Origin: Chiloscyllium plagiosum
Lineage: Eukaryota
Assembly (NCBI RefSeq): GCF_004010195.1
Contig: NW_025215372.1
Coordinates: forward strand, 1 to 38,857
DNA length: 38,857 nt
Reading direction: 5' to 3'
This document shows, in pieces, positions 25,531 through 36,690 of the stretch. How positions within the stretch are numbered: position 1 is the stretch's first letter; every line of letters starts with the position of its first letter. A program made the translations under genes and the position numbers. A model generated the notes under the pieces. That model did no database searches, had not been told where the DNA came from, and saw nothing but the letters and a program-made list of their open reading frames with translations.

Positions 25531-25734
25531 CACACTCAGGATCTAGCCTCAGTGCTTCCAGATTTTGATAAATCATCCTGGGTGTGCTGCTCCTGATGGT
25601 CACAGATCTAGTGAATCACTTGCTGCAATGTTTCAGAATTGGCAGGGCATGACTGGATGGTGATGCTGTCTCCCAGCCATAGAGTGGGCACACAGAACAC
25701 TTACTAGAAGAAAGCGCAGAGCAGTGAGGTGGTA

Positions 25735-26239
25735 GTGGCAGAGGGAGGATAATTCAGGCCTTTGAGCCCACTCCACCATTTAACATGATCATGGCTGATC
25801 TTACCCTGGTCTCAACTCCATTTTCCTGCCTGCTCCCCATAGCCCCTTATCCCGCTTTTCATCAGAAACATATCGATATCTTTCTTGAATCAGTTGATTG
25901 ATTCTGTCTCCAGTGTACTGTGAGGCAGAGAGTTCCACAGATTCACAACTCAGAGAAGTATTTTCTCCTCATCTCACTCTATGTCTGTGACCTCCTGTCC
26001 TAGACTGTCTCACAAGGGGGGGAGCATCTGCCTGATCAATCCCTTTTAGCAATTTAGATGCCTCAATCAAATTCCACACCACCCCAATTCTTCTAAACTG
26101 GAGCGAGTACAAGCTCAAGATATTTGACTGCTTCTTGGACAACAGCCTTTTCATCCCTGAAATCAACCTGGTGAACATCCACTGAACTGCCTCCAGTGCC
26201 ACCACATCTTTCCTCAAGTAAGGAGACTAAAACTGGACT
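25735..26239 (-). mobile_element. CR1-type LINE 3' part (outer element of a nest; resumes at 26863-27229 and probably 27855-27945)
   Basis: ORF RKDVVALEAVQWMFTRLISGMK; 3' tail near 25740-25830; upstream pieces read RDLGV and IANFADNTKIGG (FADDTK motif). Confidence 0.75.
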
Positions 26240-26862
26240 AATCCTTTATTGGTCAGAGTATTGAGTACAGGAGTTGGAAGGCCATGTTGCGGCTGTATAG
26301 GACATTGGTTAGGCCACTGTTGGAATATTGCATGCAATTCTGGTCTCCTTCCTATCAGAAGGATGTTGTGAAACTTGAAAGGCTTCAGAAAAGATTTACA
26401 AGGATGCTGCCAGGATTGGAGGATTTGAGCTACAGGGAGAGGCTGAATAAGCTGGGGCTGTCTTCCCTGTGAAGCATCAGAAGCTGAAGGGTGACCTTAT
26501 AGAGGTGTATAAAATCATGAGGGACATGAATAGGATTAGTAGACAAAGTCTCTTCCCTGGGGTGGGGGAATCCAAAACTAGAGGACATAGATTTAGGGTG
26601 CGAGGAGAAAGAGACCGGGGGGGCAAAGTTTTCACCCAGAGGGTGGTACGTGTATGGAATGAGCTGCCAGAGGAAGTGCTGGAGGCTGGTACGATTGCAA
26701 CATTTAAAAGGCATCTGGATGGGTATATGAATAGGAAGGGTTTGGAGGGATATGGGCTGGGTGCTGGCAGGTGGGACTGGATTGGGTTGGGATATCTGGT
26801 TGGCATGGACGGGTTGGACCGAAGGGTCTGTTTCCGTGCTCTACATCTCTATGACTCTATGA
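26240..26862 (+). mobile_element. CR1/HER1-like LINE 3' end, relatively young
   Basis: MLRLYRTLVRPLLEYCMQFWSP..QKRFTRMLPGL..GDLIEVYKIM..TRGHRF..FTQRVVRVWNELP; tail tctatgactctatgac. Confidence 0.92.
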
Positions 26863-26910
26863 CCTACATACCCACTTTCTGCAGTTCATGCACAATGACA
26901 CCCAGATCCC

Positions 26911-27078
26911 AAGCCAATGTTTCAAGTCTAGCTGGCTCTTCATCAGAGCTAATGTCTGAAGAGTCATCTGAACTCAAAACATTACTTTGCTCTCTCTCAG
27001 GATGCTGCCTGACCCGCTGTGATTTCCAGCTTTTTTTACTTTCAGTACAAGTTCCAGCATCTACAGTAATTTTCTCCA
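26911..27078 (+). mobile_element. Short Penelope-terminus-like insertion with 13-bp target-site duplication and a short inverted head
   Basis: acacccagatccc at 26898-26910 and 27079-27091; back-to-back degenerate hammerhead motifs at about 26916-26946 (-) and 26955-26983 (+). Confidence 0.75.
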
Positions 27079-27230
27079 ACACCCAGATCCCTCTACACTG
27101 AGGCACTTTGATTCTGCTTCCCATTTAAATAATAACTTTTATTTTTCCAGCTAAAATGGATAACCTCGCATGCATTCATGTAAACTCCATCTCCCGGATT
27201 CAGGCCCATTCTCCTTGCCTATCAATATAG

Positions 27231-27527
27231 TTTAGATTCCCCTACAGTGTGGTAACAAGCCCTTCGGCCCAATCAGTCCACACCAACCCTCCGAAGAGTA
27301 ACCCAATCAGACCCATTTCCTTCTGACCTAACACTATGGGCAATTTCCCATGGCCAATTCACCTAATCTGTACATCTTTGGACTGTGGGCGGAAACCGGA
27401 GCACCCGGAGGGAATCCACGCTGACAAGGGGAAAATGTGCAAACTCCACACAGACAATCGCCCAAGGCTGGAATTGAACCTGGGAACCTGGTGCTGTGAG
27501 GCAGCAGTGCTAACCACTGAGCTGCCC
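27231..27527 (-). mobile_element. HE1/V-SINE-like tRNA-derived SINE
   Basis: High similarity to 2817-3134 along its whole length. Confidence 0.85.
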
Positions 27528-27634
27528 AAAAGAAAGATTTGTGGGAGGTGCCCTGAGTAGGACTGGAACAATGAATTGTTAACATATCCCACAAAGAAGC
27601 AGGCATAATTGGGACTCTGTTGTTCTTGTATCAC

Positions 27635-27845
27635 CACAGTCTTACCAGACCATAGATGCTGCTCTCTCATTAGAGGTAAACAACTGGTGCTGACTTAACC
27701 TGAGGGCCACCAGACCTCAAACGAGGGAAGAGATTGAAAAGGAGAGTCCTTCATGGTAACCTCAGACCAGTGATGGGAATTGAACCCATGCTGTTGGCAC
27801 CACACTGCTGTGTGAACCAATGATCCAGCCAACTGAGCTAAACTG
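27635..27845 (-). mobile_element. tRNA-derived SINE of a second family
   Basis: Minus strand begins tagctcagttggctgg (A box) and has gggttcaattccc (B box), then a non-tRNA body ending gcagcatctatggtctggtaagactgtgg. Confidence 0.6.
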
Positions 27846-28684
27846 ATTCCCCTGATATCCACCTGTAAAGCTCTTTATCTTCTCATCACAGCTTGCTTTC
27901 CCACCTATTTTAGTATTATCCGCGAAGTTTGCTATGTTACACTGTGGAACACACAGCCGCAACAAACAATCTTTTCAATGCGAGCAAGAAGTGCAAAGAA
28001 AATCATCAGTACAGCAGAATGAGTCATTCTTCTTACAACTTTCAGAAATATGCAATACAGGGTGGAAGAGCCATCACAAAAACAAACTGTGCTCGGAGGA
28101 GAACAATGAGCTCTGTGGTTTCAGAGGAGATAATACTATTGTTTGGAAAACTTGAGTGGAAAGGCAGTACAGGCACAATGGGATGAATGGCCTCTTCCTC
28201 TTTCTCTCATATGCTCAACTGATCATAATGGATGGCTCATTGGCAATCCTTCCACATCCTGTAACATTGAAACAACTCTGCATATTACCAAGAGAGCTGC
28301 TCAGCAGTTGGGTGCAATCTACTCTCAGTCAGCTCTGGCCGGGGTGGCTCCTCAAGACATGGGTAAGGTTAAAAACAGGAGTGGCTGATGGATGCTGACA
28401 TAGGTACAAACATCAACTGGAATCAACGCATAAATGCACCACCATATCAAGATAATGTTTCAAAGAGACACAAACTCAGCAGTAATTCATATACTGGCAG
28501 CCCTCCTCACATACCCTCTCTGCTCAGAAACCCTTGGTTATCACCAACATGTATTCATAACTCCTGTGTCAGATTGGAGCTGATTTACATTCCCGGTAAG
28601 TGTCCGGGGACCACATTACAGATGCTTTTTAAACAGTTATTGTCACTGGCCCAACAAATTTCAGTGCCCACTTCTCTTTCCCCC

Positions 28685-28905
28685 AGAAACATTCAGGCCC
28701 CTTCCCTCACCATGTTACACAGGAACAGGAGGAGGCCATTTAGCCCCTTCCCTCACTATGTTACCCAGGAACAGGAAGCACTCATTCAGCACCCCTTCCC
28801 TAAACCACTTACACAAGAACAGAAAGAGGCTCCCCATTTCACTTCCCTCCCTCAGTCTGGTATACAGGAGCAGGAGGAGGCCATTCAGCCCCTTGAGCCT
28901 GTCAT
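28685..28905. repeat. Degenerate repeat of about 48 bp (about 4 units) resembling the reverse of a CR1 3' tail
   Basis: Recurrent aggaacaggaggaggccatt(t/c)agccccttccctca motif at about 28720, 28767, 28814 and 28865. Confidence 0.55.
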
Positions 28906-29159
28906 ACAGGACCATTGAGACCAGTGACGTCTTATCATTAGATCATCACTTAATCATTAACATTTTGACAGGACAGGCTTTTTTTTTGTTCATTTTGTCT
29001 AATCCAGCAAATCTTGAGTTAATTCCTACAATATTTTCTCATTAATTGTTCAGAGAAGTTATTACACATCTCTGGAGTAGGTGGGATTTGACCCTCCTGA
29101 CTCAGAAGTAGGGACATAGCACTACACAACTAACGACTAGAGTTCCTCTTTCAGCCTGT

Positions 29160-29440
29160 AACATAAGAACAGAAGGAGGCCATTCAGCCACACCACACTG
29201 TTCTATCATTCAATTAGATCACAACTGAACTGTGAGCTAACTCCATTACCTGACCTCACTCAAGATCCCTCAAGACAAAAATGAATCAGTCTTACAGATT
29301 TTAAATATACAAATAATAAAGAATCAATTGCTATTTGTGACAGAGAGTACAAAACTGCAACCAGCATTTTGTGTGTCGAAGTGCTTTCTCCGTGGAATGG
29401 ACTGGCTCTGATTTACGATTAAGTGCCCTCAGCTTCTACC
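29160..29440 (-). mobile_element. Decayed CR1-type 3' tail
   Basis: acataagaacagaaggaggccattcagcc..tcaattagatcacaactga, similar to 25745-25830. Confidence 0.5.
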
Positions 29441-30869
29441 AGCAAGATAGTTCCTTGCCATTAACTAACATGTCCACAAGCATCTCCCCCTCTTGGCCTC
29501 CATCCTGGATCATTACACAGTGACCAAGTGTACATTGCTCCTGGTCCGAACCACCATTGGAACCTAGAGTAAAGAGCAGAGGACGCTGCTGCAATGCTCT
29601 GTTGGCTGCAATAGCATTGCTGGTTGGGGCTATGGGGTCAAATAGAGAGGTGGTAAACATCCAGCCGCACTCATGACTATAGATTGGAGTGCCTGACTCA
29701 CTAGGCCATGGGGCAAGGCTGAATATGAAGTTATATTAGGCTTTGTGACACATGACCTAACAAGTGACTCGTGGATGTCTGTTCATTTTAAAAGTTGAAC
29801 TCATGACGAATTTTGAAGTTGTGAGCTTTACTTGAGAGGTACTGTTAATCGATGTGTCAGTTTTATTTATAGACTGCACCTGGATAAAGGGGGTTGGGGG
29901 GGGGAGGAGTGAATTTGTTACTCAATACCCAGTGAACTGGTGAGTTATCCCACTGAAATCTGAAGGGTGGGAGGGAAACAGAGCAGAAATGGTTATAAAG
30001 AACAGAAGTCCAGGTGGAGAGAGATGGACAGGTCAAGTACCACACTACAGCTTCAGATCTCAGAACCAAGACAAAAATTGTTTTGAAATAGTTTCACTTC
30101 TCCAGGAGAAGTCAGACACAAGTGTCGTGATACTGATGCACCGTAGGCGTTCATTTCATGCTCTGAGGGCTGTTGTTAATCACAATGATATTTTTATAAA
30201 GCTACTAAAGGCTGTTTAGCCTCCCTCCTCCATATGGTGAGGTAATGCAGGAATCTGTGCGTGTGTTTTGAAATGAGAGGGTTATCAAAATGAGAGAAAG
30301 ATATTTAGACTCCTACAATTCACAGACCTGATCCAGCAGGGAAGGAAGAGTCATAAAGTCATAGGGCCATAAAATAATAGAGTTGTACAGCACGAGTTAA
30401 CTACTTCCTCCATACAGACATTTTTGAACATAACACCACCCCAAGAATGCAGGGTAAGCAGGTACTTGAATCAGAAGCACCAGTGTTAGCGACACCCCAA
30501 CAGCCAATGCTCCACTGGAGATCCCATCCTTCCTCACCCTGTGTCTCACTGCTTATCCCCTTGCCTACAAACCAGTGCTCCATCGGAGACTTGACCCCAT
30601 GTGTTGTATTCCTTGTATCCAGTGTTGCACAGGAGAGTTCCTACTTGTGTAACCAGCTGGGGCTGCCATGGACTTTGGAAGAATGGGCATTATACAAGGA
30701 AACCACCCTCTTCCCACCACCCAGTTGTCAAACATCAGTTTATTTAATTTAGGAATTTGAAATATATTGGACTACATATATGTGTACACACAAACAATCA
30801 GATTTCATTCATCCTTCCCGAGTTCGGCGTTTATTAATGATACAATTTCCATTCCCGGAGTTGCAATTC

Positions 30870-30995
30870 CTTCACCTAGCAACAAGCAGCGTCATCCCAG
30901 CGCTGTGAACACTGCCATTGGCTGACCGCCTGGTCCAATGAGAAGTGACGGATGCCTGTTGCCGGGGCGGCGAAAGGGTAGGGGCGGGATTCCTG
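30870..30995 (-). promoter_or_regulatory. Candidate CCAAT/GC-box promoter with a possible short first exon
   Basis: ATTGG 30917-30921, CCAAT 30935-30939, GGGGCGG 30964-30970 and 30981-30987, locally CpG-rich; minus-strand donor TAG|GTGAAG at 30876/30875. Confidence 0.5.
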
Positions 30996-30999
30996 AGCT

Positions 31000-32235
31000 A
31001 CTCTGCCCAGCAACAGGGGGAGGTCGGATAATGGGGGTGGGGTAAGAGATTGACAGGCGAGGCCGGCCCGGCGCCGTTCTGCCCAGCAACAGGAGGATGA
31101 TTGACAGGCGCAGGCCGGGGGAAGGTTACCCAGCAACAGGAGGATGATTGACAGGCGCAGGCCGGGGAAGGTTACCCAGCAACAGGAGGATGATTGACAG
31201 GCGCAGGCCAGGAAGGTTACCCAGCAACAGGAGGATGATTGACAGGCGCAGGCCAGGGAAGGTTACCCAGCAACAGGGCGATTCTGACAGGCATGGACCC
31301 TGGGACAGGTTACACAGCAACAGGGGGATTAATAACTGGGCTGGGCACTGGCCACAGCAGGTTGACTCTATTCCTGATGAAGGGATTTTGCCCGAAACGT
31401 CGATTTTCCTGCTCCTCGGATGCTGCCTGAACTGCTGTTCCAGCACCTCTCTAATGAGGGAGTGTTACAATGCAAAAAGAGAATAATTAACAGGCTAGGT
31501 AACCTGCCCAGGAACAGGGATACGAGTTACACAGCAACAGGGGTGGAAATTCACATGTGTAGAAAGGCATGGCATCGCTCTGCCAAGGAACAGGGGATGA
31601 TTGAAAAGGACAGGCTCTAGTTGAAGGTCACTCAGTAACAAGGGACGATTGAAAGGGTCAGGCTCTAGTGGAAGGTCTCTCAGTAACAAGGGACGATTGA
31701 AAGGGTCAGGCTCTAGTGGAAGGTCACTCAGCAACAGGAGACGACTGAAAGGGACAGGCTCTAGTGGAAGGTCACTCAGCAACAGGAGACGATTGAAATT
31801 GACAGGCTCTGGTCACTCAGCAACAACAGGGGACAGTTGAAAGGGTCAGGCTCTGGTGGAAGGTCACTCAGCAACAGGGGACGATTGACAGGTGCAGGTC
31901 CTGGGGTGAGGTCATTAAACGACGGGGGGTGATTGACAAGTGCGGGCCCTTGGGCAGGTTATACTGCAACAAGGGAGGCGATTGACAGATGGGGATCAGC
32001 CCAAGCAGAGCTAGCCTGCAACAAGGGGATGATTACCAGTCCGCATGGGACAACCCAGCATTACTCTGTCCAGCAACAGGAGGATAATTGATCGGCAACG
32101 GCGAAGTAAGGTGGGGGTTGATTGAAATGTAGGAAAAGCCCCCCAAGCAGGATTTCTCTCCACCAGGGAGAATGATTAACAGTTGTGGACCCTGGCACAG
32201 GTCAACCAACAACAGGGATGACTTCCAGGCACAGG
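31000..32235. repeat. Compound minisatellite (45-47-bp units at about 31080-31290, about 51-bp units at 31600-31890, degenerate elsewhere)
   Basis: Recurrent cagcaacagg...gattgacagg framework; GTTACCCAGCAAC at 31125, 31171, 31216, 31262; TGATTGACAG at 31098, 31145, 31191, 31236. Confidence 0.88.
31370..31447 (+). mobile_element. Short Penelope-terminus-like insertion with hammerhead-like core inside the minisatellite
   Basis: CTGATGA-A-GGG-ATTTTG-CCC-GAAA-C-GTC at 31374-31401, then sequence matching 25470-25518. Confidence 0.75.
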
Positions 32236-32729
32236 CCCCCATGAATGGAGTGTGGACAGTGATTCTAGGGATTTTCAACAAGCCACCCCTTCCTTGGCCT
32301 CTGGCATTTCAGCAGTCTGATTGTAGGCATGCTGTTCATCAGGCCACCCACCTCCTTGGAGACAGGGGCCAGCTTGGCTCCATTATGGGCAGAGCCAGGA
32401 CTTTAAGACAGAGCAGGCATGGATCAGAGCTTGGATGGGACATAGACAAAATCTGAGGGACAGGGCAGGGGTGTCAAGGCATGGCTTAGGGCCACTAGGA
32501 GACTGGAGACAGGACTGGAGGCCTAGAGCACAATTGGGTGACAGGGACAGATCGCGTGGGAGAAGGATCAAACAGAGCCCAGCTCAGAGAGCTGGGTTCA
32601 AGCTCATGATGCAATGATTAATATGGAGGTCATAGATTTGCCTCAGTCTGAACTGAGAGATGAATCAACCTCACACGATCTGGCCCCTAAGCTGACAGCA
32701 ATGATAAGAGAGAAATAAGTGAAAAACTT

Positions 32730-33015
32730 TCCTTTAATGTTTACAACACCTTTCAATGGAGGAAAAGCAGGAGCCAATTTGCACATAGGAAGAAACCACA
32801 TACAACAATGTGGTCATGGCCTAGTAAATCTATTTATTACTGATGTTGACCAAGGAATAAATATTGGCCCCAGGACACCAGATAGCATCCCCACTTTTAC
32901 CCACGTCATCAAAAACAGGCATTCACATTTCTCAGAGATCATTAACATTTACTCTTAATTAAACATATCATCTGAAATACCACCCCCCAACAGTGCGGCA
33001 CTCCCATAGTGCCAG
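32730..33015 (-). mobile_element. Decayed Deu-domain SINE (SacSINE1/AmnSINE-like)
   Basis: ggaataaatattggccccaggacacc and acagtgcggcactccc motifs; gccaatttgcaca tail motif, whose counterpart lies at about 33815-33935 on the + strand. Confidence 0.5.
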
Positions 33016-33024
33016 CAGATACTC

Positions 33025-33196
33025 AGCACACGTGCATGGATGCAGAAGTATACTCACAGGTGCAAACACACATGGGTGCACAAATGCGTGCATACAGGCA
33101 CATGTAGAGACACAGGTGCTAGCATCTGCACGTTGACAGGTGCATACATACGGAGACACTGTGCATGCATGCATACACACACACAGACATACACAC
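33025..33196. repeat. Degenerate CA/GCAC-rich low-complexity tract
   Basis: Seen directly. Confidence 0.7.
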
Positions 33197-33639
33197 TGCC
33201 ACAGTTTCAATGAAATGCACAGAGTGGTGTCTGGGGAGAAAGAGCTAGCTTGCTGATGATTCTCCTAGAATAACTAAAATCTATATTGAGAGGATGCCTG
33301 GAGGAAAGGGCAGGATGGGGGGAGGGGGGGTGGGAGAGACAGGACAGATGCTTCGCACCAACATTTCTCTTCCTGTTTTAAGGCAGCCACAGTCTGGCTG
33401 GTTACTGGATCAGGGAGAGTGCAACATTTTGTGAGGAATGATTGGATGGAATGCTGTGACAAGACCAATGAAAGCACTGTCAGGCAGATGAAATATTGTG
33501 AATTGTCGGTTAACAAGTGAAACCATCCTCAAAATGTCTCAGAACAAGAGACTCTTGACAGTTTAAACCATCGGGGTGCACTCAACAGTCAACTATTCAG
33601 ACACATCTGATCACACTAAAAGAGTCGATCATCCATAAT

Positions 33640-33935
33640 TTGACACGCACATCAATTTCAGACACCATTCACCTGCATAATATCACATATCTCAGTCTAT
33701 GTGTAGTCAAATCTCTCACCCTTACTTTTGTCACCTCCATACTTGACTATCCTAACACTTCTTCAGGCCTGCCTACCATTTATCCTTTCCCTAACAAACA
33801 CTGTCTCCTCAGTTGTTCCACTGTTGTGTCAGGGAGCTTGCTGTGCATAAACAGGCTCCCGTGTTTCTCATAGCACAATATTTTACGAGCTTCACTAGCT
33901 GAGAGGTGCTCTGGAATGTCAAGTGTGGTGAATCA
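33640..33935 (+). mobile_element. Decayed L2-like fragment followed by a Deu-SINE-like 3' tail
   Basis: TFVTSILDYPN resembles L2 AFVTSRLDY.N; gcttgctgtgcataaacaggctcccgtgtttc resembles the SINE tail. Confidence 0.4.
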
Positions 33936-35005
33936 CACTGGAGAAACAGAAATTCGGTCTATCTCAAGCTTCAACACTTTCCAGAATCCTGTTCAGAATG
34001 GAAATTTGTTCAAGCAGCAGTGTGGCAGCTCTGTCCACCTTCCACCCACCCCCTGTAAGCCAGGGTCCCTGGGAACCAGACCTGGCAACAACCTCACATT
34101 TAGCTCACATTCTTAGTACTCTTGTGTCTCCAGATCCAGCAACGTGAATCAGCCAAGTTTCTAATAAGGCTGCATTACATAGCTGCTCTATTAATAAAAG
34201 GATCTGTGAGTGGTGGGAGTTCTGAAACATTACAGTATAAGGAGGTAACTACAGAACATGGAACACCCAGACAAACAGCAATTTACTGCTTTAAATTGAC
34301 CCCGGTTTCAAAATGAGTAATCTCAGGGTGGCATTAATCCTCTCTCGAAATTGGCAATTGTTGCATCAGCCTTTGCCAAACATTTCCTGGATTCTGAGCA
34401 ATTACAAGTTCTTCTCAGGCCCAGGAGTTGGCAAGGGCACAGGATCCCAACCATCAAGCAACAAAGAGGCCACAGTATCCACAGGACAGGGCTGTAAAAT
34501 GAATCAAGTCCCTGCGCCAGCTGAGACAGGGCACTGCAAAGTACCCAAAACACCGTACAACAATCCAATCATTCAGACCATAGGGCCACAGTACTGCCAA
34601 CTACACTGCAATAAAACAAATGCTGAAATGCACATATCGCTACAATGGGGACACCAATCACAACAGCACTCCCCACCCTCAAGAAGGCAGGAAATGAGAA
34701 GTTCAGGCTCTCCTACACGCTGCCAACATGGATATCCAGTGCACTAATATTTACATTTATCCGTGATGACCCAAGCTCGTGAAATGAGAATCATTCATTG
34801 TTCTGTTTTCTATGACTAGTTCAAGCAGTTTTAGAGGGATTCCCTGCCTTTTTCCCACAGTAGATCAGACTGGAGGGAGAAACTTCAAACTGCCTTCAAA
34901 TAGCTGACAATTGCAGACATGGCTAGGGCATTGGGAAGATGGCAGCTAAAGATTGCAACTCTGTTATTCCCGCAGTGTCTCAAAGGGCTCTCTGGCTGTG
35001 AACAT

Positions 35006-35680
35006 CCTCAGTGTCTGTGAGAGCAGTGAGTGACTGCACTCCCTCAGTAACTGTCCGAGCAGTGAGTGACTGTGCACTCCCTCAGTGACTGTGAGAGCAG
35101 TGAGTGACTGTGAGAGCAGTGAGTGACTGTGTACTCCCTCAGTGTCTGGGAGAGCAGTGAGTGACTGTGCACTCCCTCAGTGACTGTCCGAGCAGTGAGT
35201 GACTGTGCACTCCCTCAGTGACGGTGAGAGCAGCGAGTGACTGTGCACTCCCTCAGTGTCTGTGAGAGCAGCGAGTGACTGTGCACTCCCACAGTGTCTG
35301 TGACAGCAGAGAGTGACTGTGCACTCCCACAGTGTCTGGGAGAGCAGTGACTGTGCACTCCCTCAGTGACTGTGAAAGCAGTGAGTGACTGTGCACTCCG
35401 TCAGTGTCTGTGAGAGCAGCGAGTGACTGTGCACTCCGTCAGTGTCTGTGAGAGCAGCGAGTGACTGTGTACTCCCTCAGTGTCAGTGAGAGCAGTGAGT
35501 GACTGTGCACTCCCTCAGTGTCTGAGAGCAGTGAGTGACTGTGCACTCCCTTAGTGACTGTGAGAGCAGTGAGTGACTGTGCACTCCCTCAGTGTCTGTG
35601 AGAGCAGTGAGTGACTGTGCACTCCCTCAGTGTCTGTGAGAGCAGTGAGTGACTGTGCACTCCCTCAGTGTCTGAGAGCA
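35006..35680. repeat. 38-bp minisatellite, about 18 copies (gagcagtgagtgactgtgcactccctcagtgtctgtga)
   Basis: Period 38 (e.g. 35581 to 35619) with minor substitutions and indels. Confidence 0.95.
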
Positions 35681-36690
35681 TCCTCCACCCACCCTCCAGC
35701 TTTGCCATTGGAGGAAGCAGAGGTTACCTGACATACGCAGGGCAGCCAAAAGTGTGCCGAACCTGCGGGAGGTCAGGCCACATGGCGGCGGATTGCAAGG
35801 TGACCGTCTGCCGAAATTGCAAGCAGGAAGGCCACCCGACCAAGGAATGCAAGGAGGCCAAGAACTGTAATCTGTGCGGAGAGGCGGGCCACATGTACTA
35901 GGCCTGCCCAAGCCGAGGGGCCACCACCTACGCACAGATGGCCGGAGGTGGCAACACGAGCCATGGACCACCCAAGACCAGCAAGATACCACAAAACAGC
36001 ACGGGAACGGTGTCTGGAGGCAACCAGAAGGAAGGGCGGGCTGTAGCGGAGCAGACGGCAGACAGCGGGGAGGTGCAGCAGCCGATCCAAGCTCCTGCAA
36101 GACAGACGGAGGAAATGGAAGAGAAGGGACCAAAGGAGGCAGAGGATTGGATTACTGTGAAAAGCAGGAAGAGGAAACTTCCCAAAGCCACCCAGCGAGG
36201 GGGGAAGCGACACCTACACGACGAGGACACATGCAGCTCTTCCGACGGTGAGGATGGGTGCAAGGAGGGTCATCACCAGAGGAAGAGACAGAGCGCCGTG
36301 GAGAAAAAGGAGGGCAGCACCACCCAAGCAGGAAAAGACGATCCCTCTGAGGGGACGGGTAAAGGCCTCCCCCCATCCGGTGAGAACCAAGAGGTATCCA
36401 CCGGCCCACAGCTCCAGGTAACTGGGAACAACGGTCCTGTGACAGCCCCGCTGTCAGATGGAGAACTGGACCATGCGGACCCTGGGCCCGACCCGAAGAC
36501 ACCAGAGCGGGGAAATGGCTCCAGCGCGGAGCCGGACAGCTACCTCAGCCCTGGGATGGTCCAGCAGTTTGCTGTCACCACGGGAATGCACACAGCTACC
36601 CCAGAGGGGCAAGACCAGCAGCAAATGGACACTGTTAACCTTGTAAACTGTAAAAATAGGGAAAAGAGTTGCCAGCATCAATGTGCGTAG
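35681..36690 (+). pseudogene. Tx1-like ORF1 C-terminal half (zinc knuckles plus low-complexity tail)
   Basis: [48 protein letters not shown]; in-frame stop at 35899-35901; no 5' start. Confidence 0.88.

Noticed and set aside
26469..27101. 210-aa ORF as a host gene
   Set aside because: CR1 ORF2 C-terminus reading through into adjacent repeats
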